Shown one piece after another: positions 1 through 11,197 of a stretch of 42,259 nucleotides of DNA. Each line of letters starts with the position of its first letter. Position 1 is the stretch's first letter. Source of the DNA: Octopus bimaculoides (taxonomy: Eukaryota); assembly GCF_001194135.2 (NCBI RefSeq), contig NC_068995.1, positions 14,578,224 to 14,620,482 of the forward strand, given 5' to 3'. A program made the translations under genes and the position numbers. The notes beneath the pieces were generated by a model. It did not search any database. It had not been told where the DNA came from and saw only the letters and a list, made by a program, of their open reading frames with translations.

Positions 1-157
1 TAAATGAGATCAAGAGACCAATGGCATAAGTAAATTTATATTTTATGTAGAATATCTTACAGCTGTTTCAGGGAAAATTCAATGTATCCCTTCATCGGAG
101 ACGGTAATAGTAGAGGAATGGATTATTACATCTATCTGAGGAGATTTGCAGTAAGAA

Positions 158-296
158 ATGAGAGCGATGCGGAGAAGAAAAAAACAAAGAAGAAAAAGTA
201 CTTGGAGTATATAGTACATGGATATTTACTGTTGGAATGGAACTATACTCCAAGTACTTTTTCTTCTTTGTTTTTTCTTCTCCGCATCGCTCTCAT
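158..296. repeat. Long inverted repeat (hairpin/foldback), arms 158-215 and 242-296, 26-nt spacer
   Basis: atgagagcgatgcggagaagaaaaaaacaaagaagaaaaagtacttggagtatatagt is the reverse complement of 242-296 apart from 3 extra nt in the left arm. Confidence 0.9.
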
Positions 297-631
297 AGAT
301 TTTGCAATTTCCTATGATAGCAGTGGCGACACCGAAGAAATTAAAAGCATTGGGAAATATCAGGATCTAACCAGAGAGCAGAGTAGAATGTGGAAGACCA
401 AGACACCGTTTATTCCTGCAGTGATTGGTACTCTTGGTATATCATACAAAATGTTACCTAAAATACTGAAAGAGATCGGAATTAAAACTCGCATTGTCGA
501 CCTGCAGAAGAGTACCATCCTACATTCTGAAAGAATCCAAAAAAAGTTTCTTGAGATGTGAAGAGACTCGTTGTCTCCAAGCCTGAAGATAAAATACCTG
601 CTAAGTAAATTATCATGCACTAACGTAATAA
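292..631 (+). mobile_element. 5'-truncated RLE-type non-LTR retrotransposon (R4/Dong-like): endonuclease C-terminus plus 3'UTR
   Basis: Codons 292-561 read LIDFAISYDS..EEIKSIGKYQDL..MWKTKTPFIPAVIGTLG..LQKSTILHSERIQKKFLEM*, matching the recalled RLE motif IIDxAxPxD..EKxxKYQDL..W..IPIVIGALG..LQKxxLL. A short UTR follows, and the (TAAA)n tail lies after the SINE insert (857-876). Confidence 0.8.
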
Positions 632-842
632 TCATTTCTACTGGAGGCACGAGGCCTCAGATATGTTGGGAGTGGGGACTAGTCGATTACATCAACCCCA
701 GTGTTTCACTGGTACTTAATTTATCGACCCCGAAAGGATGAAAGGCAAAGTCGGCCTCGGCGGAATTTGAACTCAGAACGTAGCGGCAGACACTGTTAAG
801 CATTTCGCCCGAGGGGCTAACGATTCTGCCAGCTCGTCGCCT
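632..842 (-). mobile_element. SINE family A, full length, with 17-bp TSD
   Basis: tRNA-like head (ggcgacgagctggcagaatcgttag..gagttcaaattcc) and central cctttcatcctttcggggtcgataaattaagtaccag. atgcactaacgtaataa flanks it at 615-631 and 843-859. Confidence 0.9.
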
Positions 843-1109
843 ATGCACTAACGTAATAAATAAATAAATAAATAAACACAGTAAAAACGAAATCCTTTAC
901 CTTCTGTCAACAACACTAAACGCCCCACCCTGGGTTATTTAATGTCACTTTTGCCACCCGTGTCTTCTTATAACATAACGCTTGAAAAGTGACCCAGAAG
1001 GATGGTTACTAATGATCGTCGAGTACGAACGTATTTCTGTTGAGCTGTAGAATCACAGCGTGTGCAGAACGGACTTAATGATAACACATCATATTCATAC
1101 ATTTTGTAA

Positions 1110-1168
1110 CTATGTATGAATGTGGCTATGTATGTATGTATGTATGCATGTATGTATGCATGTATGTA

Positions 1169-1201
<33 letters not shown>

Positions 1202-1410
1202 ATCTATGTAGGTATGTATGTGTGTGTGTATTTGTGTATGTATATATGCATGTATGCGTACATGTGTGTGTATGTATATATATATATATGTATGAATATG
1301 TGTAAATGCACATGTATATATTTGTATATATGTATATATATATGTGTATGTGTATGTATGCTTGCGTGCGCGCGCGCGCGTGTGTACATACATAGAGACA
1401 TACATATGTA

Positions 1411-1452
<42 letters not shown>

Positions 1453-1580
1453 AGTACGAATATATGTATATGCACACATATATTCATTTGTATAAACACA
1501 TAGTTACACATACATACACAGCCACACATACACACTCATACATACATACATACATACATACATACATACAAACTCATACA
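1110..1580. repeat. Compound (TATG/TG/TA/CG/CATA)n microsatellite
   Basis: Near-continuous purine-pyrimidine alternation with a (CG)n run at about 1367-1380. Confidence 0.95.
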
Positions 1581-1821
1581 TACATAGAGATCGATGGATA
1601 TTTACTTTAAGGTTTATTTGGCATTTATTAACATAGTGCTTCCGGAACGCGCTTCTCTATCTCTGCTACAAGAACTTGGTAATAGCTCGGTTACTAAGCT
1701 ATGCATCGTCTAAAAACACACAAAGCAATATAAATACATGTAATAATTATAAATATTGATTAACATAAAACAAAATATTGGGTCATTTGTACTTTGTTTC
1801 AATTATAGGCTTCAGAACAGT

Positions 1822-2212
1822 GGAGGTGCAATGGTCCAGTGGTTAGGGCAGCGGACTCGCGGTCATAGGATCGCGGCTTCGATTCCCAGACCGGGCGTTG
1901 TGAGTGTTTATTGAGCGAAAACACCTAAAGCACCACGAGGCTCCGGCAGGGGATGGTGGCGAACCCTGCTGTACTCTTCCACCACAACTTTCTCTCACTC
2001 TTTCTTCCTGTTTCTGTTGTACCTGTATTTCAAAGGGCCAGCCTTGTCACTCTGTGTCACGCTGAATATCCCCGAGAACTACGTTAAGGGTACACGCGTC
2101 TGTGGAGTGCTCAGCCATTTGCACGTTAATTTCACGAGCAGGCTATTCCGTTGATTGGATCAACTGGAACCCTCGACGTCGTAAGCGACGGAGTGCCAAC
2201 AACAACAACAAC
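1822..2212 (+). mobile_element. SINE family D (tRNA head, (CAA)n tail), full length with TSD
   Basis: A box tggtccagtgg, B-box-like ggcttcgattccc, tail cgacggagtgcc(aac)n. aggcttcagaac is duplicated at 1807-1818 and 2213-2224. Confidence 0.9.
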
Positions 2213-2720
2213 AGGCTTCAGAACGAGTGAGTTAATATGAGATGAAGAGGAAATTAGGCATCTGGTATGAATTTAAGTAAAGATGGAGCGAAGAAAATTA
2301 CCAAGGGAAACAGCGGGGTATCTTTTCCTTTTTATTTTGACATGAATGATAAAACAAAAATTAAAAATAATAACTATAAACCTTTTTAATTTTAAAGGTT
2401 TTCTATTTACAAGTAACCGAATGGGGAGACTTTACGGCAAGGTTGAAAACTCTATCTTCATCATCATCATTATCATCATTATAAACCCTAGGTATTACTG
2501 TCAATAATGGACTTATTTCTACATTAGAAAGGGTTAAAATGCCAAAACTTGAAGTGTGTATTATACATAACACTAAACAACACTGTTGCAAACATTGGAG
2601 ACTGTAATCTTAGCCCGAGGTTAAGTATTCAACATGGCGACATGCACTCGCCCGCACTTGCCCATACGTGATATTTCATACTCCGCTCCTTCCTTGTCGT
2701 CTGCCTAGCTTGCTTGCACA

Positions 2721-2826
<106 letters not shown>

Positions 2827-4289
2827 TTGCTTGTTTAGTAATCTATTTATATATTTAATATTTAATCACGGAAAGAGCTTACTATCCAAATGAACTGAAC
2901 AATTTCCATCAGTTCATGGCAATTCTTGTTGCTATCATTGTTATTTACAGCAAACACAATCAGAGAATGCATTCAAATTGACAAACATAACATAAAAATA
3001 CAAGATGGGAACAGTTTTAATCAATTTTGAGGTCACCAAGAGGATCGCGTTATTTTTTTACACTTTTTATATATGCCGTTGTTTAGCAGTAAGATTACAA
3101 TTGTTCACCGATAGAAGAGGATACGATTTCACTCATAAATATCCACTAAATTCTGGTTACTGAATTTTTTCTCACATAATTTTAAAAGGCTTCTACTTTT
3201 CAAATATTATTTCTTATTTTTTTTCTCTTCTGTGTGATTTATGTACAACAATAAAAAAAAAATGAATTATACATACATATATACGTACATACATACATAC
3301 ATACATACATGAATAATAAAGAAATGAATAACGGAAGCAAAATGATGAAAATAATGCTCAACAATTGATAAACGTGATCGCTTACGCTGGAATACATACA
3401 CACACTTACACATGCATACGCACATATACACACACATGTATGTATATATCTATGTCTGCGGGTATGCATATATATATATATGTATATATATATATANNNN
3501 NNNNNNNNNNNNNNNNNNNNNNNNNNNNNNNNNNNNNNNNNNNNNNNNNNNNNNNNNNNNNNNNNNNNNNNNNNNNNNNNNNNNNNNNNNNNNNNNNNNN
3601 NNNNNNNNNNNNNNNNNNNNNNNNNNNNNNNNNNNNNNNNNNNNNNNNNNNNNNNNNNNNNNNNNNNNNNNNNNNNNNNNNNNNNNNNNNNNNNNNNNNN
3701 NNNNNNNNNNNNNNNNNNNNNNNNNNNNNNNNNNNNNNNNNNNNNNNNNNNNNNNNNNNNNNNNNNNNNNNNNNNNNNNNNNNNNNNNNNNNNNNNNNNN
3801 NNNNNNNNNNNNNNNNNNNNNNNNNNNNNNNNNNNNNNNNNNNNNNNNNNNNNNNNNNNNNNNNNNNNNNNNNNNNNNNNNNNNNNNNNNNNNNNNNNNN
3901 NNNNNNNNNNNNNNNNNNNNNNNNNNNNNNNNNNNNNNNNNNNNNNNNNNNNNNNNNNNNNNNNNNNNNNNNNNNNNNNNNNNNNNNNNNNNNNNNNNNN
4001 NNNNNNNNNNNNNNNNNNNNNNNNNNNNNNNNNNNNNNNNNNNNNNNNNNNNNNNNNNNNNNNNNNNNNNNNNNNNNNNNNNNNNNNNNNNNNNNNNNNN
4101 NNNNNNNNNNNNNNNNNNNNNNNNNNNNNNNNNNNNNNNNNNNNNNNNNNNNNNNNNNNNNNNNNNNNNNNNNNNNNNNNNNNNNNNNNNNNNNNNNNNN
4201 NNNNNNNNNNNNNNNNNNNNNNNNNNNNNNNNNNNNNNNNNNNNNNNNNNNNNNNNNNNNNNNNNNNNNNNNNNNNTATATACATATAT

Positions 4290-4448
4290 ACGACGGGCGT
4301 CTTTCAGTTTCCGTCTACCAAATCCACTCACAAGGCTTTGGTCGGCCCGAGGCTATAGTATAAGACACTTGCCCAAGGTGTCATGCAGTGGGACTGAACC
4401 CGGAACCATGTGGTTCCTAAGCAAGCTACTTACCACACTGCCACTCCT
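4290..4448 (-). mobile_element. SINE family B, 5' half (rest lies in the gap)
   Basis: Minus strand reads ggagtggcagtgtggtaag..ggttcagtccc..accttgggcaagtgtctt..ggtagacggaaactgaaagacgcccgtcg, then (TA)n and N. Confidence 0.85.
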
Positions 4449-4659
4449 ACTCAGAAAATTCTAAACATAACCAAGTACATCAAAAACATTTGGTATAAAC
4501 GCGAACTTATTCTCTGAGCACAGGAACTGCAGTTTCCGAAGCAGTCGTCAATAAGCATTCTCTTTCACATTAACTGTGGAAAAGATATTCACATCTGTAG
4601 GGCAGCTAACCTTCCTAACGATACGTGATTTTTCTGTTTTACTTTGTTTGCATTTAATG

Positions 4660-5028
4660 GTAGAAATTTTTTGACTCTGAGTATGCTTTTCTAAGCAGGA
4701 AGAAAGAAACTGGACGTGGGCATTTTCCTATGCCTTGGGGGATGGCAATGCAATCCGCCATTTCTGCGTGGGATTTACGCTGGATTACCCTAAATGGACT
4801 GCCCCACTATTGGGGATTCCATTTATTTATTTATTTGCTTATTTGTTTCTCTAATTTCTATTATATAACTTCTGTCATATTCTTTAATGTGATAGTATCT
4901 CCCTTTGACTGATGTAAACCCCACCTGTTTTTGTTTTTGTTTTATTTGGCTTTTGTTATGTTTTGTGTGCTGTAACCCATCCTTCGATATTGTCCTCCAT
5001 GTCTTGGGTCCTTGTGGCCAATAAAGGA

Positions 5029-5030
<2 letters not shown>
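4660..5030 (+). mobile_element. Diverged 3' end/3'UTR of a Tx1/L1-like LINE
   Basis: 4692-4810 resembles the sequence after the Tx1 stop at 41803 (agaaagaaa.tgga.g.gg.ca.tt.ccct; tggg..gatta.ccta). It ends with AATAAA (5020-5025) and (ATT)n. Confidence 0.5.

Positions 5031-5106
<76 letters not shown>
5030..5106. repeat. (ATT)n microsatellite / LINE tail
   Basis: Direct reading. Confidence 0.95.
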
Positions 5107-5108
<2 letters not shown>

Positions 5109-5253
5109 CAATTTTTAGTACACACGAGCACGAACACAAATATTAGGTACATATGTAGATATAGAGATTGATAGATAAGTAAAGAGTTAAACACAAAAAC
5201 AAGAAGGTGGATGGAGAGACAGCAAGTGAGATAGAAAAGAAAAAGTGATAGAC

Positions 5254-5295
<42 letters not shown>

Positions 5296-6005
5296 TTAAA
5301 TAGATAGATAGGCAGACGGATAGATAGATAATTAAACAGAATGAAAAATAATAGACATCAAGTAGAGGAAAAGAGAGCTTTTATCTATATACATCTATGT
5401 GAAGTTAATAGAGTAAAAATACGAAAATTATCACGGTAAAATAACTTTAATGTAAACACGATGCAAGATCTGACAAAGGCATAGTGATTCCGAGAATGGA
5501 GTTTCTGTTTTTAATAATTTTTATTACACGCCAGACTATTACAAGAATAAGCTATATTGCTTTATGGCTTGTTTTATTAGGTAACAGTATAGAGAGACAG
5601 AGACAAAAGAAAACGAGAAAGAGTGTAAGGGACAGAGAAGAGAAGAGAAAAGAAAAGAGAGAGAGAGAGATGTGGGAATGAGATGGAGAAACAGTGACTT
5701 AGTATCTCGTAGATGTTAGACCTAATCTGTTTTTGGACACAGACCGGAAGAAATGCAATGTAATGTTTAGTATCTTCTGCATTGCAGCCATGACCGAAAA
5801 CAGAACTAAGATCTGTCCGTCCTTGGAGTAATTTTTGCCTGTGTTAGTTTTGGCAGTACGAACAACATCTATAGCTTTTGAATTACGTCCATAACTGTAG
5901 TAATCAAGAGAATATATAGGCGAGTTATTAGGGCCAGTCCCCTAATTTATCAGTCCAGAAATGTTTTATTGCTTTAATATCTTTATTATATTTAATATCT
6001 TTATT

Positions 6006-6176
6006 GTATATATTAGCTTCAAGATCATATACATATCAATGAGCTCATCCTATAACTTTGACTCAAAGCCTGCAACATCTGTTTCCGAGTCAAATGGTCT
6101 AACAATTCAGTCAAGCACGTGCATTTTCTCCGAGTCCTCGAAACTTACTTTAGAGTCTTCCTTTAATTTTCCTAGC
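6006..6176 (-). pseudogene. hAT (Charlie/Buster, SCAND3/ZBED-like) transposase C-terminal remnant
   Basis: Minus strand LGKLKEDSKVSFEDSEKMHVLD*IVRPFDSETDVAGFESKL*DELIDMY(fs)DLEAN resembles the recalled hAT segment LEKLxEDFKVRFEDLEKMHVPDWIxxPFD..LQDELIDMxxDLEAK. It has two stops and a frameshift. Confidence 0.65.
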
Positions 6177-6480
6177 AGTCTTCCTTTAATTTCCCTAGGA
6201 GTCTTCCTTTAACTTTCCTAGGAGTCTTCCATTAATTTTCGTAGGAGTTTTCCTTTAATTTTCCTAGGAGTCTTCCTTTAATTTCCTTAGGAGTCTTCCT
6301 TTAATTTTCCTAAGAGTCTTCCTTTAATTTCCTCAGGACTCTTCCTTTGATTTCCCTAGGAGTTTTCCTTTAATTTTCCTAGGAGTCTTCCTTTAATTTC
6401 CCTTGGAGTCTTCCTTTAATTTTCCTTGGAGTCTTCCATTAATTTTCCTAGGAGTCTTCCTTTAATTTTTCTTGGAGTTT
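6153..6480. repeat. 23-bp minisatellite, about 14 copies (ggagtcttcctttaattttccta)
   Basis: Unit read directly, with scattered substitutions between copies. Confidence 0.95.
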
Positions 6481-6552
6481 CACCTAAAGATCGCAGTGGC
6501 GTGGAACTCGAGTCGAAAGACTGACTTTCAGCTGTAGCTATAATTTTTTTTT

Positions 6553-6700
6553 TAATGGTATCGCAGGCGCGGCTGTGTGGTAAGAGACCGATAGAATAAG
6601 TATCAGGTTTATAAGAAAGTAAATATTGGGGTGGGGGCGATTAATTCGGTTAAAGCCCTTCAAGATGGTGCCCCAGCATGGCCGAAACAAGTAAACGACG
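6553..6700 (+). mobile_element. SINE family B, internally deleted (head joined to 3' part)
   Basis: gcaggcgcggctgtgtggtaaga joins directly to gaccgatagaataagt..gccccagcatggccgaaacaagtaaa. Confidence 0.7.
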
Positions 6701-6885
6701 AAAGGAATCTTGTACTGGGCACTCTTTTCTCATTCGTTTGACATTGAGCAACATACGTGCATGTGTGTGAGTGTACACACAACGCACGCACGTAAGCACA
6801 CACACACACACACACACCCTTCTACTACCAATTCTAATCCTGTTATCATTTTTTTCTCTTTGAAATTTCAGCTTTTCTCTCTCTC

Positions 6886-6967
<82 letters not shown>

Positions 6968-8310
6968 NNNNNNNNNNNNNNNNNNNNNNNNNNNNNNNNN
7001 NNNNNNNNNNNNNNNNNNNNNNNNNNNNNNNNNNNNNNNNNNNNNNNNNNNNNNNNNNNNNNNNNNNNNNNNNNNNNNNNNNNNNNNNNNNNNNNNNNNN
7101 NNNNNNNNNNNNNNNNNNNNNNNNNNNNNNNNNNNNNNNNNNNNNNNNNNNNNNNNNNNNNNNNNNNNNNNNNNNNNNNNNNNNNNNNNNNNNNNNNNNN
7201 NNNNNNNNNNNNNNNNNNNNNNNNNNNNNNNNNNNNNNNNNNNNNNNNNNNNNNNNNNNNNNNNNNNNNNNNNNNNNNNNNNNNNNNNNNNNNNNNNNNN
7301 NNNNNNNNNNNNNNNNNNNNNNNNNNNNNNNNNNNNNNNNNNNNNNNNNNNNNNNNNNNNNNNNNNNNNNNNNNNNNNNNNNNNNNNNNNNNNNNNNNNN
7401 NNNNNNNNNNNNNNNNNNNNNNNNNNNNNNNNNNNNNNNNNNNNNNNNNNNNNNNNNNNNNNNNNNNNNNNNNNNNNNNNNNNNNNNNNNNNNNNNNNNN
7501 NNNNNNNNNNNNNNNNNNNNNNNNNNNNNNNNNNNNNNNNNNNNNNNNNNNNNNNNNNNNNNNNNNNNNNNNNNNNNNNNNNNNNNNNNNNNNNNNNNNN
7601 NNNNNNNNNNNNNNNNNNNNNNNNNNNNNNNNNNNNNNNNNNNNNNNNNNNNNNNNNNNNNNNAGGAAGGAAGGAAGGAAGGAAGGAAGGAAGGAAGGAA
7701 GGAAGGAAGGGAAAAGAAAGGAAAGTAAACGTTGAAAGGAAATCAGAATGGAGACATTATCTCGAAGCAGATCAAACATAAGCTATTTGGATTGTTAATT
7801 TCTTCTGTGGAATAAATGACCGATTCTTCGTTGCTGTTACTCTCTTTCTCTCTCTCTCTCTCTCTGACTGGCCACAAAGAAAGGAATAAGGAAGTGAGAG
7901 CGACGAGGTATTTACATTAAATATTTACTTTCTTGTAACTGATTCAGCTAATATCAAACATTAGGATGGACGCAGACACACACTTAACCCTGTTATCAAT
8001 GTAACGTTTGCCCTAAACCTTTGGCAGATTGCGTTGGTGGATGGCGAAAGAGCGGAATGGGAGGCGGAACATGTAATCAGTGGATGTTAGTTGTCGTGGT
8101 TACAAACCTAGCAATATATTCCATTTTATAATACTCGTAGCCGTGTTGATGATTATTCTGTAAGTAGTATTTCTCAACGTCTTAATGTTCCATTCTATAT
8201 TCTCCAGCTTTTAACCGGTTCTCCATTCTGATTGCACCCACATTGTAATCAGATAAATGTAGTCTTGTATACGACATGTTTTATTCCATAGCATTATCAA
8301 TTTAATTATC

Positions 8311-8740
8311 CGTTTCAGAATTTTGCCGCAAGGTCACCAATTCCGGGGATGAGGGCTAGTCGACTACATTGATTCTGATGTTCAACTGGTACTTATTTCA
8401 GGCAAAGTCGACCTCAGCGGAATTTGAACATAGAACATAAGGACAGACGAAATGCCGCGGAGCATTTTTCCCGGCGTGCCAACGATTCTGCTCGATTACC
8501 GCCTTCATTATTAATTTAATATTCGTTTCAAATTTTGGCACAAGGCTAGCAATTTCGGTGGTGTTGGGAACTAGTCGACTACATCGACTCCAGTGTTTCC
8601 CTGGTATTTAATTTATCGACCCTGAAAGGATTAAAGGCAAAGTCGACCTCGGCGGAATTTGAACACAGAACGTAAGGAACGGACGAAATGCTGCTACGCA
8701 TTTTGCCCGGCGTGCAAACGATTTTGCCAGGTCGCTGCCT
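8311..8740 (-). mobile_element. Two tandem SINE family A copies (8311-8503, 8525-8740)
   Basis: Each has gtttca.aattttg..caagg, ctggta.tta, ggcaaagtcgacctc.gcggaatttgaac and the head. Confidence 0.85.
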
Positions 8741-9714
8741 TGAGAGGCCTTATATATTGAAAGGAGTAAGAAACTCGAAAAATATTCGCAAACTAAAATA
8801 AATAGTTTTGTTTGTTTTCGTAAGTACCTGTGGTGTGTGTCACACTTCAAAGGAAGAAGTGAGTGACAAAGCGAGAGAGAGGAGGACAGAGAGGAAGTGA
8901 GAGAGAATGAGAGAGCGAGAGTGAAAGAGAGAGAGAGTGAAAGAGAGAGAGAGTGNNNNNNNNNNNNNNNNNNNNNNNNNNNNNNNNNNNNNNNNNNNNN
9001 NNNNNNNNNNNNNNNNNNNNNNNNNNNNNNNNNNNNNNNNNNNNNNNNNNNNNNNNNNNNNNNNNNNNNNNNNNNNNNNNNNNNNNNNNNNNNNNNNNNN
9101 NNNNNNNNNNNNNNNNNNNNNNNNNNNNNNNNNNNNNNNNNNNNNNNNNNNNNNNNNNNNNNNNNNNNNNNNNNNNNNNNNNNNNNNNNNNNNNNNNNNN
9201 NNNNNNNNNNNNNNNNNNNNNNNNNNNNNNNNNNNNNNNNNNNNNNNNNNAGAGTGAAAGAGAGAGAGAGTGAAAGAGAGAGAGAGTAGTGACGGCGTTC
9301 GTTTTCTGTTTATAAATGTTTCAGAGAGGAAGTAATAGAGAAAGAGAGAGAGAGAGAGTGGGGAGAAAGAGAGAGAGAGTTGGGAGAAAGAGAGAGAGAG
9401 AGGGGGGGCGAGAAAGAGAGAGTAAGTGAGAGACTGAAAGAGACAGTGAGTGGTGACGGCGTTCGTTTTGTATTTTTAAATGTTTATCACATCGTAAGAA
9501 AAGTAGATACGTAGATGGAAAGAAAGTTGATACAGAGATACATACACACATTGTTAAATTAAAAGCGGCAGAGAGGAGGGACACAGAGGAAGTGTAAGAC
9601 AAAGAGAGAAAGTGAGAGAGACAGTAGATACATAGATCCAAAGAAAAGTTGGTACATAGATACATAGACACAGCAAATATTCGATGTCACTTTCACTTTT
9701 CATTACCACACGAG

Positions 9715-9880
9715 ATTAAAATTTACTCGCAAGTGGCTGAGAACTCCACAGATATGCATATCATTAACGTAGTTCTCAAAGAGATTCAGCTTCACAGAGA
9801 ATATCACAAATCTGACCGCTTTGAATTACAGCTGCAACTCATTTTGGCTAGCTGAGTGGACCGGAGCAAGATAAACCTTC
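9715..9880 (-). mobile_element. SINE family C fragment (CORE-like body, tail shared with D)
   Basis: caagtggctgagaactccacag..gtagttctc..ctcattttggctagctgagtggaccggagcaa matches 13438-13738. Confidence 0.7.
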
Positions 9881-10703
9881 AAGTTGTTGGAAGAAAGCTT
9901 TAAAATATCTTTTATAGTGGTAGGAAAATCTTTTTAGTCGTTAGGGTCACTATGGGTGTTAATCCGGTCCTAACAGCGGTATTTGTGGGTCACCCTGATC
10001 TGGTGGCCACCCCCACCCCCAGATAATCACTGATGCGCAGGCTGTTGTTATCAAACTAAGCATGAGTCGAGGACGAATTTCACTGCTTATACTAAACACA
10101 TGACATTTTTGCCTTACGGTATGGAACATTTCCTTTTTTTTCACCCTTTTTAAAAAATGGCACTCCGTCGGTTACGACGACGAGGTACCTATTTATCTGA
10201 TCAACGTTGCTGGCCTTGTGCCAAAATTTGAAACCTAGCTTGCTTATGATTTTGAGTCAGTATATCTATATAAGAAATCAATACCAAATCACAGAAAGTT
10301 ATTGCATGAATAGATTCTAAGGCAGTGACGTTGTCTTCTCAGGCAGTAATTTACTATTGTCTGTCAAATTCGGTAGAAAGAAATTCTTCCTAGCTTCTTC
10401 CCTTGTTATTTATAGTCAACGCATTTCCTTCCTTTCTCTCCTTCTCTCTTTCCCTCTTTCTCTCTCCCTCTCTTTCTGTCTCTTTCCCTTTCACCTGCTC
10501 CTCAGATATTAAGAGGGAAGAAGGGAGACAACCTGAGTGGTTCGTTATTTTTATTGTATTGTATTTTAGTGATAGAAAAACCTGGATATTTCTGTTCATA
10601 CCTGCTGGTATCAGCCTTTCTCGGTATTACTCACCGATCTGTAGCTTTAAACTGCAAAAACTGAGGGAAGGAGGAAAGAAAGAATAGGGAAACGAAGCGA
10701 GAG

Positions 10704-10745
<42 letters not shown>

Positions 10746-10939
10746 GGAACAATGAGAAAAAGAGGTGGGGGACAGAAATAGAGAGAACAGAACTAGTCAG
10801 TGCACACATAGAGAGAAAGAGAAATAAAGAGAGGGAGAAGAGACAGACAGACAAACAGACAGACTGAGTAAAAATCAATCGATCTCAGAAGACTTATTTG
10901 TATCGAGCGACTCACCTAGCATATGTGAAACTATCATTA

Positions 10940-11190
10940 TTGGTTTCAAATTCTGGCACAAGACCAGTAATTTCGGGGGAGGAGCTAAGTCGACTAAATA
11001 GAGCCCAGTACTTGGCCCAAAGAGCACTTCACGCATGACGCGTCACCGAGAGAACATTCATCTTTCATCTTCTCTCTCTCCTTTTTCCTTACCTCTTCTA
11101 ACTGTCACACAGATGATTACGGTTTTATCGACCACGAAAGGAAAAAAAGTCAAAGTCGACGTCGGTGGTATTTGAACTCAGAACGTAATT
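10940..11190 (-). mobile_element. SINE family A copy interrupted by a ~110-bp unrelated segment
   Basis: The A 3' part is at 10942-11013 and the A middle at 11121-11188, with non-A sequence between them. Confidence 0.65.
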
Positions 11191-11197
11191 ATTTCTA

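Noticed and set aside
82-561. 159-aa ORF as a host gene
   Set aside because: The N-terminal half is the hairpin and the C-terminal half is a LINE endonuclease fragment, so it is a chance fusion.
968-1610. YI/CV/HT-rich ORFs (also at 29285-29575 and 36386-36613)
   Set aside because: These are translations of dinucleotide and tetranucleotide microsatellites.
1822-1900. tRNA genes at SINE heads
   Set aside because: A/B boxes are present, but there is no complete cloverleaf, and each continues into a SINE body with tail and TSD.
2630-2720. caacATGGCG YY1-like motif in a CpG-containing patch as a promoter
   Set aside because: A single short motif with no supporting exon or other elements.
3239-4464. 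Long ORFs containing X runs (here and at every gap)
   Set aside because: They stay open only because N-gaps contain no stop codons.
5699-5941. ~80-codon stop-free minus frame (GTGPNNSPIYSLDYYSYGR..)
   Set aside because: No start codon or splice context, no recognised family, and not clearly continuous with the hAT remnant.
6153-6480. CRISPR array
   Set aside because: Units are head-to-tail with no unique spacers, and the context is eukaryotic.
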